Source: Eledone cirrhosa
Taxonomy: Eukaryota
Assembly: GCA_964016885.1 (NCBI GenBank)
Contig: OZ024740.1
Span: 66,526,001-66,590,000, forward strand
DNA: 64,000 nucleotides
Direction: 5' to 3'
Below the pieces are notes generated by a model. That model worked only from the letters and a program-made list of their open reading frames with translations. It did no database searches and was not told where the DNA came from. Shown here one piece after another: positions 25,121 through 40,369 of this stretch. A program made the translations under genes and the position numbers. How positions within the stretch are numbered: the stretch's first letter is position 1; every line of letters starts with the position of its first letter.

Positions 25121-26119
25121 TAAAATGCTCGGATCTATTCAGTGGAATCTTGGAGCATATACTAGAGGGGATATGGCGCATGTCTCTCTGACATGACACC
25201 CTTAATTTAATTTTGGATATATATATATATGGGGGGGGGGGTATTTATGTATGTATGCATGTATGTATGTATATGTGTGTTTTTGAATATATATACAACT
25301 ATGAATACCTTTACATATATAAGTGTTTAGGCACGTGTCTCTGTATTTACATGTGTGTACACGGAGATTCGTCATTGTTTTTACAAATTTCACATATTGT
25401 GTCTGATTGCCGAACTTAACTTCTCATTCAAATTGGCAAAATAGAAATTACTTTTACAGTTGCCAATCAATAAATCCGAATCATACTTTTCAAATGAGAA
25501 ATCATATGTTGTTACCTATATACTGAATGTGGGTCAGAATACTGAGTTGTAACGACTTTCCTCTGAAATGTCATACAGGAAATTTTACATTACCTTGAAT
25601 ATGAATGTCAGAATTTATAAAGTTCAAATATTTCAATTTCATTTTCAATTTCCTGTGGCCTTTGTCATAATGATTCATTGGTATTCCTTAATATTTAATA
25701 TCAGATATTGAATTGTGCCCACCTTGTCGAAATTTAATACTCTCATACGTATAGAGATTATTGTCTCATATAATTTTGACTTTTAATTCAATCATTTTCT
25801 CCGATATGTTCTACACGTTGTTGTGAAACAAACTATTTCTGAATTTGCAGTCTTGCATTATTTTGATTCCATGTAATAAATCGTTTATTATCATGATATA
25901 TTTTTTTGTGAAAATTAATTACAAAATAACAAACAAAATTAACAACATAAATAAATGATTTTTTTCAACATTAACGCAGCCCATGTTTGTGTGGTTATGA
26001 AGTCCGCTTCGCAACATCGTAATTTCGAGTTAAATCCACTACACGACATCTTGATAAAATCTGTGTCCTACCACAAGGTTCCTAATTGATAGCAACTGCA
26101 CAAAGCCCGTCATAAATAA

Positions 26120-26195
<76 letters not shown>

Positions 26196-26238
26196 AATAG
26201 GATTTCGCTTCAAGCAACGCTTGATACAATATCTATAA

Positions 26239-26378
26239 ATATTTCGTATCTCCCAAGAAATACAGGAGGACGGTTGTCCCCCTTGCTTTTGCTGGACATC
26301 GCCAGAGGGCGTTAGCCCCCCGGGTGTTTGCCCATCTACGGCTTCATAAACGTGTATTTCTTTGGAGATATGAAATAT
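26239..26378. repeat. Short foldback with 25 bp arms around a GC-rich spacer, lying between microsatellites
   Basis: ATATTTCGTATCTCCCAAGAAATAC pairs with GTATTTCTTTGGAGATATGAAATAT. Confidence 0.7.
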
Positions 26379-26382
26379 ATAT

Positions 26383-26513
<131 letters not shown>

Positions 26514-27316
26514 TAAACGGAATAGAAAATGCTGACAAATTGTTCACAGTTGAAAAATGGTTTAATTAGGAATAAAAGAGTATTAGTGATTGTATGGGTT
26601 AGTATTCAGTTGTAGTTTTAAGTTTTTAAGTTTTTACCGGTTGCGCATTTCTAAATGCTTTTCAAAAATAATTTTGAGATAGAGTGTATGTATATAAAGT
26701 GAACAACACAAAATATAACTACTCCATTATCGAGCTTTCTGGATCCCAGAATATTGTCTGTGATCCAGAGACCTTTGGTAATGGAGTAGTTATATTTTGT
26801 GTTGTTTCCTCTGTTCTATACATAGAGCACTCTTTTTTCCTTTGCTTTTCCTTGGGAATTACCTAACACACGCACACACACACACACACGGTGCACCTTC
26901 GCTGCTGTTGTTATCGCTTTTGTTGCCACCTGAAGGGCAATAAGAACCTCGTATCAATGCCTCACACTATCAAATTCTACACCACCTCGTCGAGAAAGTG
27001 CGTTGTCCCATTCCTGTTTTAACATGTGTTGTCTGTCTAGCAATTCCTAATAGTGGATGCCTGGCTGACCATCAAACATTCCCGTCGTCATAACACATGC
27101 ACAGATACTATATCTATACATTCATAAGAGAAAACATGGACATAAATAGACACACAGAGAATTGGACATACTTACTTCAGCACACACCCACGCGAAAGTG
27201 GGGCTGATATTTATATATACCGAACATTATAACAACCAAAACAAACACTTTGTTAGTTACTTCAATCGGCAGTTTGATGAGCATAGTGATGTCTGTGTTT
27301 TGTCCATATCTCTCTA

Positions 27317-27459
<143 letters not shown>

Positions 27460-28689
27460 TAACTCAGAAGAGAGATAAGTGTTCTTAAATCATTTACTGC
27501 TTTACAATTGTTTCGATAGATCAAACAAAATAGTCAATGCCAAGCCAACATAGTCAAAAATATAATGAATAGAAAAAAAAAAAATATATATATATATATA
27601 TATTGAACCCAGCTAAAAAAACACCGATTATTGTAGTTCTTCAAAAGCATCGATGAAAACTAGAGTCAATGAACGGTGAGTAAAGAACCGGAAAATGTGT
27701 CACTCGATTGAAGACAAGGTTGTCAATGAAATTTTATTAGCATATGAACCATTATCATGACGTCATTATGTAAGCTAACAAAATTTGAAAGACAACGAAT
27801 AAACTATTTAAGTTGGTATATGAAAGAATTAAAATACTACGTAAATGTTATATATAAATTTCATGACTTTCAATCGAATCGAATCAAAAAGTGTGATATA
27901 GATACATTTAATAATCATGATAGATATAGATATATGAACTACACATGTATACATTTAAATACATTTAAAGCGAAACACATGAATTATACACAGATTGATA
28001 TGCATATATACATAAACTCACTTAAAAGGAAACGATTATATTCGTTACCGCCTCCTTTTCTATATAGCCCCTTTAGCCTACTTCTGCTATTCATATACAT
28101 ATTTTTACATCTCCCAACGTCAGTCAGGTCACATGTACACGTTCACTGACACCTCGGCCTTCTCAGATCAGCCATCCTTTCACGCTCAAACGGCCGTCAT
28201 TCAAACCTCTGCACAAACAAACGATCAAATCTACACGTACACATACACACACTCACACACACACACACAAGCACGCATACACATGTCTATTCTAAATATA
28301 AAATGATTAACTCACTTTCAAAAATGATCTAATACCTAAGAAACCCCTGACCATCGCTCCGAAATAGCTGACTGAATACGCATGTGTCGGTGTGTGTGTG
28401 GTTTTTTTCTCACTTTTTATTCGGTCCTTACTCTTCTCACTCTCTATAATTCTATTTCATTTTGTCCTATTATATCAAGCTTTAAACTAATATATTGTAC
28501 AGCGTCGTTTATTTCATTATTTCTGTTTACTATGTTCACGCATGCACACAAAGACACACACTCACACACACACACACACACACACACATACATGCATATA
28601 TACATATATATATACATATATATATATACTTATATATTTATATATATATATACATGCAGACATACATGAAATACACACAATATTTCTTC

Positions 28690-29580
28690 TTTCCCTGCCA
28701 CCCCAGCCTTGACTTCCTCACCTTCACCTCCACAACTTCCGTCCTCTTACTTTAAACCTACAGTCTCCAACACCTATTTCAACATTACCTCCACCGATCC
28801 CACCCAAACCAAACACTCCGATTTCTCCGTCTTCATCGTCTGTGCAGTAGAACACATGACGTCGATTTTGTGGCTCATTAAATGGTTAGATTTGTCCCCC
28901 GGCGAGGATATACCCCTGCCCTGATACAAGGCGCCCACATCCATGCCTGTGGAGCCTACCAAATCTCTACCCTCCACCACCGGTTACCATTTCCTATCAC
29001 CTATAACCCTTCATCCTCCAGAGCACAATCCTCTGCATCTTCCACTGCCTCTGTATCAGACCAATCCACCGCTCCCATGTTCCACCTTACACCCTCCTCC
29101 TTATTAAACGTGCACGCAACATTAAGGATCTTCTCGTCCGCCGTTCCCTCATTCCTTCCTCCTCATCTTCTAGATAACTTCCATGCTCCTGACAAGGCTG
29201 TCGCACATACAGCTTCATTACCAACACCAACACCCGCATCAGACGTAACGGATGTCTCTTTCGTGTTAGGGACTCTTTTTGTTTTATTTCAACTAGCCTC
29301 CTGCAAGTGCTCCGGTGCATGCTATACTGTACTATTTACATTGGTCAGACTGGGCGTCGACTTCCCAAGAGATTCACTGAACATCTGCGAGACATTCGTT
29401 TCGGCAAATCGTCATCGGTTGCCCGATATTTCCTATCTTCCGGTCATTCCACACGTTAGCTCTCGTTGTGTTCGGTCTTGCTTCCTCCACCGGACACTGG
29501 GACAAACGCCACGGGTGTGAGCAAATCTGTTCTTCTCTTAACATTTCTATTCCCCATGGCCTTAATTCATCTCCCCTACT
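28690..29580 (+). mobile_element. Degenerate Penelope-like element fragment (thumb + GIY-YIG)
   Basis: Motifs YFKPTVSNTYF, LHRLCSRT, RRGY, FPITYNP, YIGQTGRRLPKRFTEHLRDIR and PHGLN across frameshifted frames. Confidence 0.8.
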
Positions 29581-30403
29581 TTCTTTGATCTGCCTTTCAC
29601 ACCCTATACAGTACCCTACCTCGTCCACAGTGAAATACTCATACATATTTAGATACTACACACTACAAAATATTCTCACATATCTATCAATTCTGAAACA
29701 CGTAGAAACACAAACATGGACATACATACACATATCAGCATATGTACGCATTATATTTTGTTCCCTTGACGACTGTAATTGTCTGTCGTCCTCTATTCAC
29801 TGTTTTTACCTTTTCTACGCTTCAAAGATATTCTTGTTTGTCTGCACTTTGGACTAAAGTCTATTTCTCTCTATTCTCTATTTTTTCTCCTTTGTCTGTG
29901 CCCTCCTTCACCCGAACTCGTCCTTCTCTTTCAGTCGACCTGCTTAGGACTTATTATTATCTATCATTCTATAATTCGTGTAAAGGAATAACTCATCACT
30001 ATCTGTTTTGTAATGTCGAAATGTGCATTGAATTGAACGGTAACAAACTTAAAATTCTAGATTTTGACTGAGGTGTTGAGACTGTCCGTCTCCCCGTTCA
30101 TTTATTTCCATTGTATGTATCCTCTGCTCCCCTATTTCGAATATATATATGGCCTCAGCCGGATGGCTGAAACAAGTAAAAGAGTAAAAGAGTGAAAGAG
30201 TAATATATACTTAATTGTATGTGAGTGTGTGTGTGCGTGTTTGTGTGCATGCACGTATGTATGTATTTAGAAATATAAATAAACAAACAAAATCATAAAT
30301 ATATATACAGGAATGCAAACAGATATTTATGCATAAATACACGTTCATGTTTATACATATATATGCATACGCAAATACATATATATTTGCATATTTATAT
30401 ATA

Positions 30404-30479
<76 letters not shown>

Positions 30480-32749
30480 AATATGAACACACACATAGAT
30501 ATGTCTACATATATATACATATCTATATAGACAGAAGCATAACCATGTTTAAATAAATAAACTAATGTATTGATATAGTAGGACACATTAGGTCTAGAAA
30601 TAGATAGGATTAAGAAGTATAAAATAAGAGACAAAAATGGTATGAAATTACAAGATGACAAAGACATCAAATTTGAAATCTTAACAAACTCACTGTTAAG
30701 TTAAATTATGCAGTGCCATACACCCTATTGATGAAAGATTGCGCTAAGCGATGCTGGCATGCTATAATCAGTTCATTTCTTGGTGTGAGTAATTTTGTAT
30801 TTTTTTTATATGGGTGATACGTAATATCTCTTGGTTTAGTGGCATTTTTTTATATGATTACCTCACTGTGAAACATGGCATGATGTTCCTTAATGAGCTT
30901 TCTCAAAGCATCCTTTCACAGATCATTTCTCTTAATGATAACTTCGCATCATCTAGATTAATGTGAACACAGCTAACTAATCAGCCAACTAAATATTTAT
31001 GTACAATATATGTACATGATACTTCAGATACGCCTACAATATGTAGTTATACACATTTTTATAGCAGTTAATATAAACATTGATATAGAAATAACGCTGC
31101 TCACATTGCCAAATTTGGTAGTTAATTCAAAAATGTATTCTCTTCGCAGTATTTCTCATAATTATATAATTTATAGTTTACGTCAGTTGTCATGGCGACA
31201 CATCTTCCTGGAGACATGTTTTATTAGATTTTTTGTTTTCCATCGTTTTGTCATATTACACACTATAACGAGCTTACTTCACTACTTATAGTTTCGTGAT
31301 ATCACAAAAACTATCGCCTGTTCTATTATTTATCCTATCATTTTCTCTCCATTTACACAAATTCATGTTAATCCTAATTCGGAGGGCAGTGGATTACCAG
31401 AAATTCATTCCAAATCGCTTGCCTTGAGACTATGTCAGAGAGCAGCATTGCCATTGTGATATGTAGCTGTCAGACGTTAGCAACGCGGCGACCGATATAT
31501 CTATCAGGATACAGTTATGTTTCTTGATGTTATAATTTGAAAACACCTGCGTCAACAATTCTTTCTTCTAGATTCTGTTAATGAAATACCAGTGATTCAT
31601 TTTAAAAAAACTCTTTGTTTGAAAGTGGTATAAATCAAGGTGTTCGCTTATTTATATACCAATGCGTAGGTTTAATGTCATGAATATCATAACATTTAGA
31701 AATATGTTACCATACGTTCCATTATCGCGTTGGCTTCATCCCAAATAAAGAGATAATAAAGAAATCATTATTTTTTTTTTTTTTTCTCGCTTTTCTTTAG
31801 CTCCAGGAGAATAGTCTCTACTATGCTGCGTAGATTTTCTTTAAATGTTGTTTACGTCATAGAAAACAAAACAAAATTAATTTTATTAATTGCCCATAAT
31901 CATATTTCAGTTTCTCTTTAAATGTTTTTTAAAGAAAATAATCAATAGGTCCTTAGAGAAAATGATAACTTGTTAAGTGTTAAAATATGAGATAACTATC
32001 AAAACATATATCACATGATAAATTATTTATCTAGGTAACAGAATCATGGTCACACAATCTACTTAACAAGGCCCGTATATTTATGGGTTTTTTCCATTCG
32101 ACATTTATTTTTACATGAATTGGGGTTTATTGTTCAGGTTCCTTTTAAAATATTATGTGACATATATGCCACTGGGTGGTAAATTTCATAACCAACCATT
32201 TGACGACGCTCGTATATATGAGGTTTCTCTTAGAAAGTTCAGAATATTTTATTTATTGCCACTAGGCTCAAAACAGAATGTAATAAGACAACAGGGACAG
32301 TGGAGACTTACATCAAATGTGTAAATATAGCAGGTAATAACAAATAAATCGACATCAATAAAATGTCTCAGTAAGGAGAGTAACACCCAGGGGTGATTTA
32401 GGAGCCCCATAGATTCGAAACTACCCCGATAAACAGGAACGCCATGGGAAAGTGCACCTTTTACCTCTAAAATCTCCAGCCTTTGGGAATACCTTTAAAA
32501 TCCTACGGTTGGCCTTTACGTTAGGGGTTCCTACGTATTAAGGGAAGCTCACCCTGATGTTTTTTTATATTTGTTCAAAGATATGCGGACAATTATTAGT
32601 GTTTTTTTCACTTTCAGGGTGCTGGTTGCAAAGATCTCTCCCTTTCACTAGATACCTGCACTTCATGTTAAGAGGGACATTAGATATCGGTTAGCCTTCG
32701 TCAGTAACACGAAGTATAGAGTATCCAAGGTTTTTTGCTCTTTCGTCTC

Positions 32750-33300
32750 TTTGATGTGGTTTATTTGTGTTTGTCGTAAAGTCGATGCTAATGCCAACTG
32801 TGGTGATGATGCGAGCTGGGGTGTTTGTGTAGTTGTAGGTGAGTCTGTGTTTGGTGTCGAGCAGACATTTTTGTTTTCTGGGAAAGGTGTTTATATATAT
32901 TTTTCTTGTGGTTTCTCTTATTTCTTCACAGGGAGATGCAATTACTTCTGTTTGTTGTGTTGTTGGTATTGATGTTTATCCTGGTGTTGTTGCTGCTGCT
33001 GCATTTTTTTATTGTCGCTGTCGCTGATGTAGATGCTGCTAGCGGTGTTGGTGAAGCTGTTGTTTTTGCTCGATGTTAGGGTTGTTGTTGAATTTGTAGC
33101 CCTGGTGTTAGCTGCAATGGTAATTTGTTTTCTGTAGGGATCAGGCTTAGATGGGTGGTTTGACCGACTCCTTGAGAATAGTCCATTTGCCCTCAATGAC
33201 CACCTGTAGCTCTATCCCATCACAAACTCGAGTTTGATTTGGTATCTTTTCAGATTTCCCTAGTTTGATCTGGAAAAGTATTAACAGACTAACCCTATGC
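32750..33300 (-). pseudogene. Probable L1/Tx1-type ORF1 remnant (decayed zinc-knuckle region + T/N/Q-rich tail)
   Basis: Minus strand GIELQVVIEGK...GQTTHL resembles IHIMTEGKMPKCFVCGEKTHL of the ORF1 at ~48020 and is followed by a similar low-complexity tail. Confidence 0.4.
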
Positions 33301-33599
33301 CAGTTATCCTTCTGGATTTTCTTTTTCGCCCAGAGAATGTTCCTTCGTTTCAGGACGATGCATGTTATGATTCACCCGCTGTATATAATGAAGCAGCAGC
33401 TACAAATAGACGTGCGTGTAGGATATGGTTCACTCTAGTAATATCAATTATTTTTACATGTTTAAAACGCGTTTTCATATAATGTTCGTTACAATTTAAA
33501 CATAAGGTAGTAGTCTTGCAATCAAGAAATGAGATTCTATAATATTTGGGTCTTTGGCGCAAAGATTTACTTTTATATTTTAAATATGCATCTCACAAA

Positions 33600-35003
33600 T
33601 ATTAGCGGAGAAAATATGCTTTTCTGTCACAGGAAGGAATACTACCAAGGGAACAACAGAGATGTAGGAAGAAGTCCCAGTGTATCCAGGATCACTTGGC
33701 TATTGATAAACCAGTTTATAAATATTGTTAGAAACATGAAACAAAACATGTCTATGGCCTGGATTTACTTTAAGAAGGTATATAATATGGTGCCACATTC
33801 TTGGATTGGTGAATGTCTGTGATGTATTTGGTATTGATGAAAATATCATGGTGAGTTGTATGCCAGATTAGAAAACCGAGTTATACTGAAGCAACGTCTT
33901 ACTGGGAGAATTATAAATTCAAATAGGTTTCTTAAAATGGACTCTGTTAATATTTGTTATAGCACTGATACCTATAATATTCACACTCAAAAAAATAAAA
34001 AAACTGAGCTACCAATTTGCAAACCAGGAGCCATCATAAACCAGCTTCCATTTATGGATGACTTGAAACTGTTTGTGAAATCTGACAACCAAATTGAGTC
34101 ATTGATATAATTCAGATATATAGCTGTGACATAGATATAGAATTTGTGTTTGCCAAATTATCTATACTCCACCTAAAAAAGGGGGAAGAAATCAGCTTGC
34201 AGTGGATTACGACTGCTATCTGAAGAAGACATGGGAAAACCAGACGATAGTGGCTGTAAATATTTGGGGATCCTAGATCGAGATGATATTTTGTAGGCAA
34301 TAATAAAAGAAAAGTATAGAGGGATATAATTTAAAAGAGTAAACACGATTTTAAAATCCAAAACTTGTATGCGAGAAATCTGTTCACAGCAATGAATATC
34401 TGAGCGGTTGCACTGGTTAAATATAGATCATCAATTCTCAGTTGAACTGAGGAAGAAATGTCAAAATTATATAGACAGACGAGAAAATTAATGACATTGT
34501 ACGGAGCTTTTTACCCAAACGCAAATATTAATATATTATAGATGAAGTGAAGGGATGGTGACAGAAGCCTAATCAGTGTGGATCATTGTATAAGGAGTGA
34601 AAGGAGAACGATTGTATAATATTTGATGAAGTGTGAAGAAGAGTTGTTGCACTATTCAGCAGAATATATGTAGAAATTGTTGGAAAGGAAGAGTTTAACA
34701 AAAGAGCAAAAGGGAAAAGAAAAGACGCTATTCTAAGAATGAAAATGCATGGTCTGTTTGAGAAAGATACACTGGATATCAAAGGTAAAACAACATCGTG
34801 GACATGGCTTAAGCAAGGTGATTTGAAACCTGCCACTTTTAGGGTAAGACCAAGCTCTTCCTACCAATTTGACGAAATATACCATCTACAAAATGTCTGA
34901 CACGAAAAAATGCAGGCTCTGTAGTAAGAATGTGGAAAATGTGGCCCATCTGGTACGTGGTTGTGAAAGCCTTGCACAAATCGAATGCAGGTGCCGCCAT
35001 GAT
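33600..35003 (+). mobile_element. Degenerate R4/Dong-clade (RLE-type) LINE, RT to CCHC region
   Basis: Motifs NMSMAWIYFKKVYNMVPHSWI, INQLPFMDDLKLF, KYLGI and CRLCSKNVENVAHLVRGC...RHD. Confidence 0.85.
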
Positions 35004-35004
35004 G

Positions 35005-35900
35005 GTTTTGCGGTCTTTGCTTTCCTTCGTTTCTTCACGCCTTCCGGAACTGCATTAATTCCTTCATTCTTCACATGATATTTTCTTTCCGGTACTCCAT
35101 TTTTATTTTGTTCTGTAATATTTTCCATTCCTGTAATTTGCTTAGATCTTTCCTCAAATTTATAACACTGTCCTGAATCATTCTCTTCCACCATGGCTGC
35201 CAGTTAATCACCTTCAGTTATTTAATTCCCAACAAGTCAGCTACAACATTTGCCCCAGCAAGTACTAGGATGTTTGTATCACTTATTAATTTTATGTTTT
35301 TCCAGTGATTCGCGGACAAGCTTACATTTCTTTCTAGCCTTCTTTTAATCAGCAACCCCCAATTTACTTACTTCAAGAGCGCCTAGGTTTTTCACTTTTG
35401 ACTTCAACATGTTTATGACTGTTTGTTGCTCATCAGTAATTCCATTTCTAATTTCAATCTGCCACCTTCGGAACAATTCACATGTTCTGCAATATTTACT
35501 TCTACAACATATTAAAAAGAATCTCTTTCGTTTTGCTCTTCTGTCACTGTTTCATGATGCCTTCCCTTGTTCTTGGTAATTTATCTATTGCTCGAAGTTT
35601 CCTCAATCATTCTTTGAGTCTCCTCTAATTCTACATATGGCAACCAGTCACTTTGTCATATGCACCTTTCCCTGCTAGTTATATGCTGTTCAGTTGCATG
35701 GTGTACTCGTGTCTTATTCTAGATAGTTACCATTATTTTTATGCATCCCATCATCCCTAGGTTATTTCGCAAGCAGCACGCCATTACATTCGTGTTGAAT
35801 TAATTTATCCATTTAAGGTTTTCCAGGTCAGCAGTTTTTTTGAAGAGGACAGGACCCACCCTGCTGAAAAATGTGATATATGTTGGTCGAGAGACTTTCT
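35005..35900 (-). mobile_element. R4/Dong-type N-terminal region in opposite orientation
   Basis: Minus strand WQPWWKRMIQ and ERKYHVKNEGINAVPEGVKKRRKAKTAK resemble the PWWKRR and ERKY...LKQR..AK blocks of Dong ORFs. Confidence 0.55.
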
Positions 35901-36829
35901 ACTGAAGTTACGGCCCCAATTATGCCGTTTTCTATATTCAATTTATTTGACATATCTCACATTTAAGGTATAGGGGTTTAATAGTTTTCGTTGCCGGTAT
36001 TGTTATCGTAAAACTATTATGAGATACATTGTCTACCGTGACTTAAAGAGCCTCTAGCTAGAGTCATCTACAGAAAACTATATTTCACGCCAGGTCTCAA
36101 ACTGATATTTATGATGTTTTGTCCTAGCGGGTAAGGTTCCTTCACTCTCAGAGGAATTTGTGTGCCCTGATGACACCCAGATTTATTTCTGAGATTCCGC
36201 GCAGAGATAGGTTGTCATAATTATGATAATGAGATCCTATCTTCCCAGGCTTTGACATCAGTGTCATCCTTCTCCAAAGGAGACAGGCGTACACGACTGA
36301 CGAATTTTTTCTACACATATACATACACACATACACACAAACCAACACATATATAAATATATACTCACATATACAGATACAAAAAGTATTATATACACAT
36401 ACATACATACACATTCGCACATATATACTTACATATCAGCATACACATCCATGCATATATGAACATACACCAATGTGTGTATCTAACGTTTCACTCTGTA
36501 TACAACAAGTCTATAGTTACAATGTACAACGGTACGTCCAGTACTGAAATATTGTTGTTTCAGTAGTTCCTCATGGGTTATATCTAATATGGAATTAACG
36601 CTTGTTCATTAACTTCATTGTTTTCAAAGTGACAGCATATAATGCCACAAATAACTATCTAAATAACCTTTCTTTAAAACATTTGTATCACTTTGGCATC
36701 AATATTTCTTTATTTTCTCAACAACGATACGTTCAATGTTGAAATAACGTGTGTTCATTAACTTTATTATTATTGATCCTTCACTTAGCTTCAAACACTG
36801 GAGATGTATTACAGTGTTAGCTCTTCACT

Positions 36830-38300
36830 GCCAGTGAACTGAAATAACACTGCTTATTTTTTGAGTGACCTGCGAGGTATTTGAGCTGTTTCAAGCAATG
36901 CTGTTTTTCATTCCCTATTTGTTTAATCAGACTTCTCAAGATCTTCACTCACTGTTCACAAGACTCCACTATTATTGGTATTACCACCCCCATTTTCAGC
37001 GACCATAATTGCTTAAGCTCCCAACTAAACTGTCATATTATTTTCCTTTGTTATCACATACCTTGTTATCGACTGGTCTCTTATGCTCAATCATATAGTC
37101 ACACTCTATCACAAAATCTCACAGGATCTTTACATTATCATTTGAGACAACGCCCTCAGTGTTATGTTCTTACCACTCTTTTGCTCTATCAAGTGCATGT
37201 TTGTCACAAAGTGCCCGCTGGACTATCCTTGCTACGTTGTCATGACGTCTTTTATATTCTCTCTGAGATAGTAGTATACAGTGATTAGTAATATGCCATA
37301 GAGTTTCTATATTAATACCTCAAATTTTACACTTATCACTTCCTGCTGTGCAGCCTACTCTATGCTTGATGTAATTACTTCTTAGTGACTGTTCTTGAGC
37401 AGCACAGATTAAGGTTTGTTTCCGGTTTTAGATCACTTTTAGCCATCCACAACGACGCTTTGTTTCTATCTGTCCTATCTTCAACATTGTCTATATATTC
37501 TTTTTTCTGTCCATCTACTTTCAGTTTCATCCATATTCAAATGCTTTTACTGTGATTTTTCTTTACAATCTTCTATTCTGCACATCCATGACCTTCTTAA
37601 TCACAACAACAGCGGTTCTGTGGCTTTTTTATGTACCACGCCATGTTAATTACTTCTGTTCTTATATTGTCTTCGCAACACATCAGTCATCTTACTCCAA
37701 TTCTTCTTGGTACATAGTCTCTGTTTGTCATAATTTGGGTGAAATACACAATATCAAGTCAATATCTTTCTTGTCTTTCGGTCTAAGCTGTTTAGTTATT
37801 CCACTGACCACATGATCATCCCCGTCCCATATCTACAGAGTGACACCATCCATGTATTGATAGCTTCCATCCTAAATTTCCTTTCATTTCCTCCTGCATT
37901 ATCGTATGAACTTCCAATATCCATAAGTACTTATAATCTTCCTCTTCCATTTGCTTCGTAGCCTTCTCTGATGATAGCACCAAACCCTCTACGCTTTTAA
38001 CTTTTGCTCTGTTCAAGATTAACTCACTATATTTTTAATCCTAAGTCTATTCTGATGTCAGCGCTATATGCATAAACCAAGCTTGGAATGATTCTTACCA
38101 TAAAGCTTGAGGTCGTCCATGAATAATAAGTAGTTGAATTCCTGCTGCGGTAGCATGTACAGTACAAACTCAGTGTTGACAGGCTCTCCTCTTGGAATAT
38201 ATTTCTCTTGATTTTTATTATTCCTTTAATTTCTGCCAAATGCTGTCAGTTCAATCGTCCACACTTTCACACTTTTCCTATTTAAAGGGAACAACTCTAA
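36830..38300 (-). mobile_element. Second degenerate R4/Dong-clade LINE (RT end + RLE)
   Basis: Minus strand motifs NIFQEESLS, YKYLWILE, QREYKRRHDNVARIVQRALC and terminal KTALLETA. Confidence 0.75.
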
Positions 38301-39182
38301 TTTGATTTTCTAAAGTAATAAAACACTCAACAAATGGAATTTAATATAAGCGTGTTTACGGTCACGATATTTCCAGGAGAATTATCACAGATGGTTGCAT
38401 CATGATTTAAATCTAGCTAGGGAGCTATTGCAGCTAGAATTTATGAATGATTCTGTTATAAATCCAACCAACAGATGTGAGAATTGATCTCAGAGGTGAG
38501 AGATGTTAAAACCAATGATATTTTAAGATATAATAGATGATATCCTATGAAGATATAATAGATCATATCCTATGCAGCTATAGTTACAAACGTGATAATT
38601 TCCCAAGTGGCGATAGGGATTATAAAACAGCTGCACCGGCTGCAACAATAGATACTGGAAACATATTAAAAATACTAACTTATCTTCTAATATATATAAT
38701 AACTTTTACAAAGGAATTACTCAAAGCTAGACCACTCTCAGGATCTCAATATTACATTCTTAAGTACCAAACTTTGGAGAATTGTGTTTAATTAGAAATT
38801 AGCTAGAATAACACTGAGGAACCTGGCATCAACCTGATTCATGGTGAAATACTGTCATTCCTCTTATTATATAAACCGAAATTATAACTTCAGTATAACC
38901 TTCAAGGCAGGTTATGGTGAAATAAATTATGCATTGGACGAGGCTGAATTAACTGTACGAAAGGCTGATCAACGCCTGCGAAATCTTCTTCAATTACTTT
39001 AAATTCAAATGGAAGTGAATGATGTTTTGGTACCGAAACTTTAACGCAACATGTACAGCATGTAATTTACCCTCTAAGGTGCAATCAAAAAAGAGAAGAT
39101 GAAGAGAGATAACGTAGACGATGTTTGTTGGATGATCTACCATCTCTGAGGCGGTTCATTCTCATTTGGTAATGATTAGAAA

Positions 39183-39272
<90 letters not shown>

Positions 39273-39788
39273 ATGTAATAAGGAGGCCGGATGACAATAT
39301 ATTTATTTGGTGTTTCGTAAAAGCAAAATAGACATTACTATGCCCGGAGCCAACATTATAATATCACGATGGAATGCATCTGACAACGTTGCCCGGTGTA
39401 AATACCAGTACAGATTTAGTAATTTCATTCTGGGTTACATCAAGATACAAAATAGTGAATTGATTTGAGGGTGCCCCGTCAATCGATATGAACGCTGCAA
39501 AATATATGTCGTACATTTGTGTGTAACTGTATTTACTGGCTCTACGCTAATTAAATAATTCAACGCTGTTAAATAATTTAATGCTGTTACGAAGCTCCAT
39601 CTCATGTAGGGTTTATAATTCAAGGTTAAAAGCTGAGGCAGAAAGTGTTCTGCTCTTACGAAAGTATACCTTATGAGATTGTATTGCAGAGTTGGTCTCC
39701 AAACAATAGGATCAAGCTTTGAGCTGATTGATACCGAAACAATTATCACGTGCATTAAGTTTCACTTATGGCTCAACCATGGCACACT

Positions 39789-39852
<64 letters not shown>

Positions 39853-39856
39853 AGAA

Positions 39857-39954
<98 letters not shown>

Positions 39955-39955
39955 A

Positions 39956-40011
<56 letters not shown>

Positions 40012-40014
40012 TCT

Positions 40015-40048
<34 letters not shown>

Positions 40049-40369
40049 GAAAAAAAGATGAAAACGAAAATGGTACTGGAGTCTTATTTAAAAATATATA
40101 TATATATTTATTTGGTTCCTTTACCGGTTTCGCAGTTCTTCTGCTTTTCAAAATTAGAGTTGAGATGGAGGGTCTGTGGTTTTTCTCACATCTGGTCTTT
40201 GAATGTTACTTGTTTTATATGGAAAAATGTGGCTCGAAACGCCAGGTTTTTAGAGAAGTAATTTGGTTGGTTGGTGAATAAGTGTAATAAATTTCGCGCC
40301 AGTTCGCGTTACAAAGTTCTTCAAACGAGAAGGGGGGGGGGGGGCTCATTGTTTTTTTTCACATATGAC

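Noticed and set aside
30714-30790. Possible small + strand exon (AG...PYTLLMKDCAKRCWHAIISSFLG...GTGAGT)
   Set aside because: Weak acceptor, no recognisable protein and no partner exons.
38895-39080. Short open frames on both strands with a pyrimidine-rich acceptor-like tract on the minus strand
   Set aside because: No recognisable homology; cannot be distinguished from chance.
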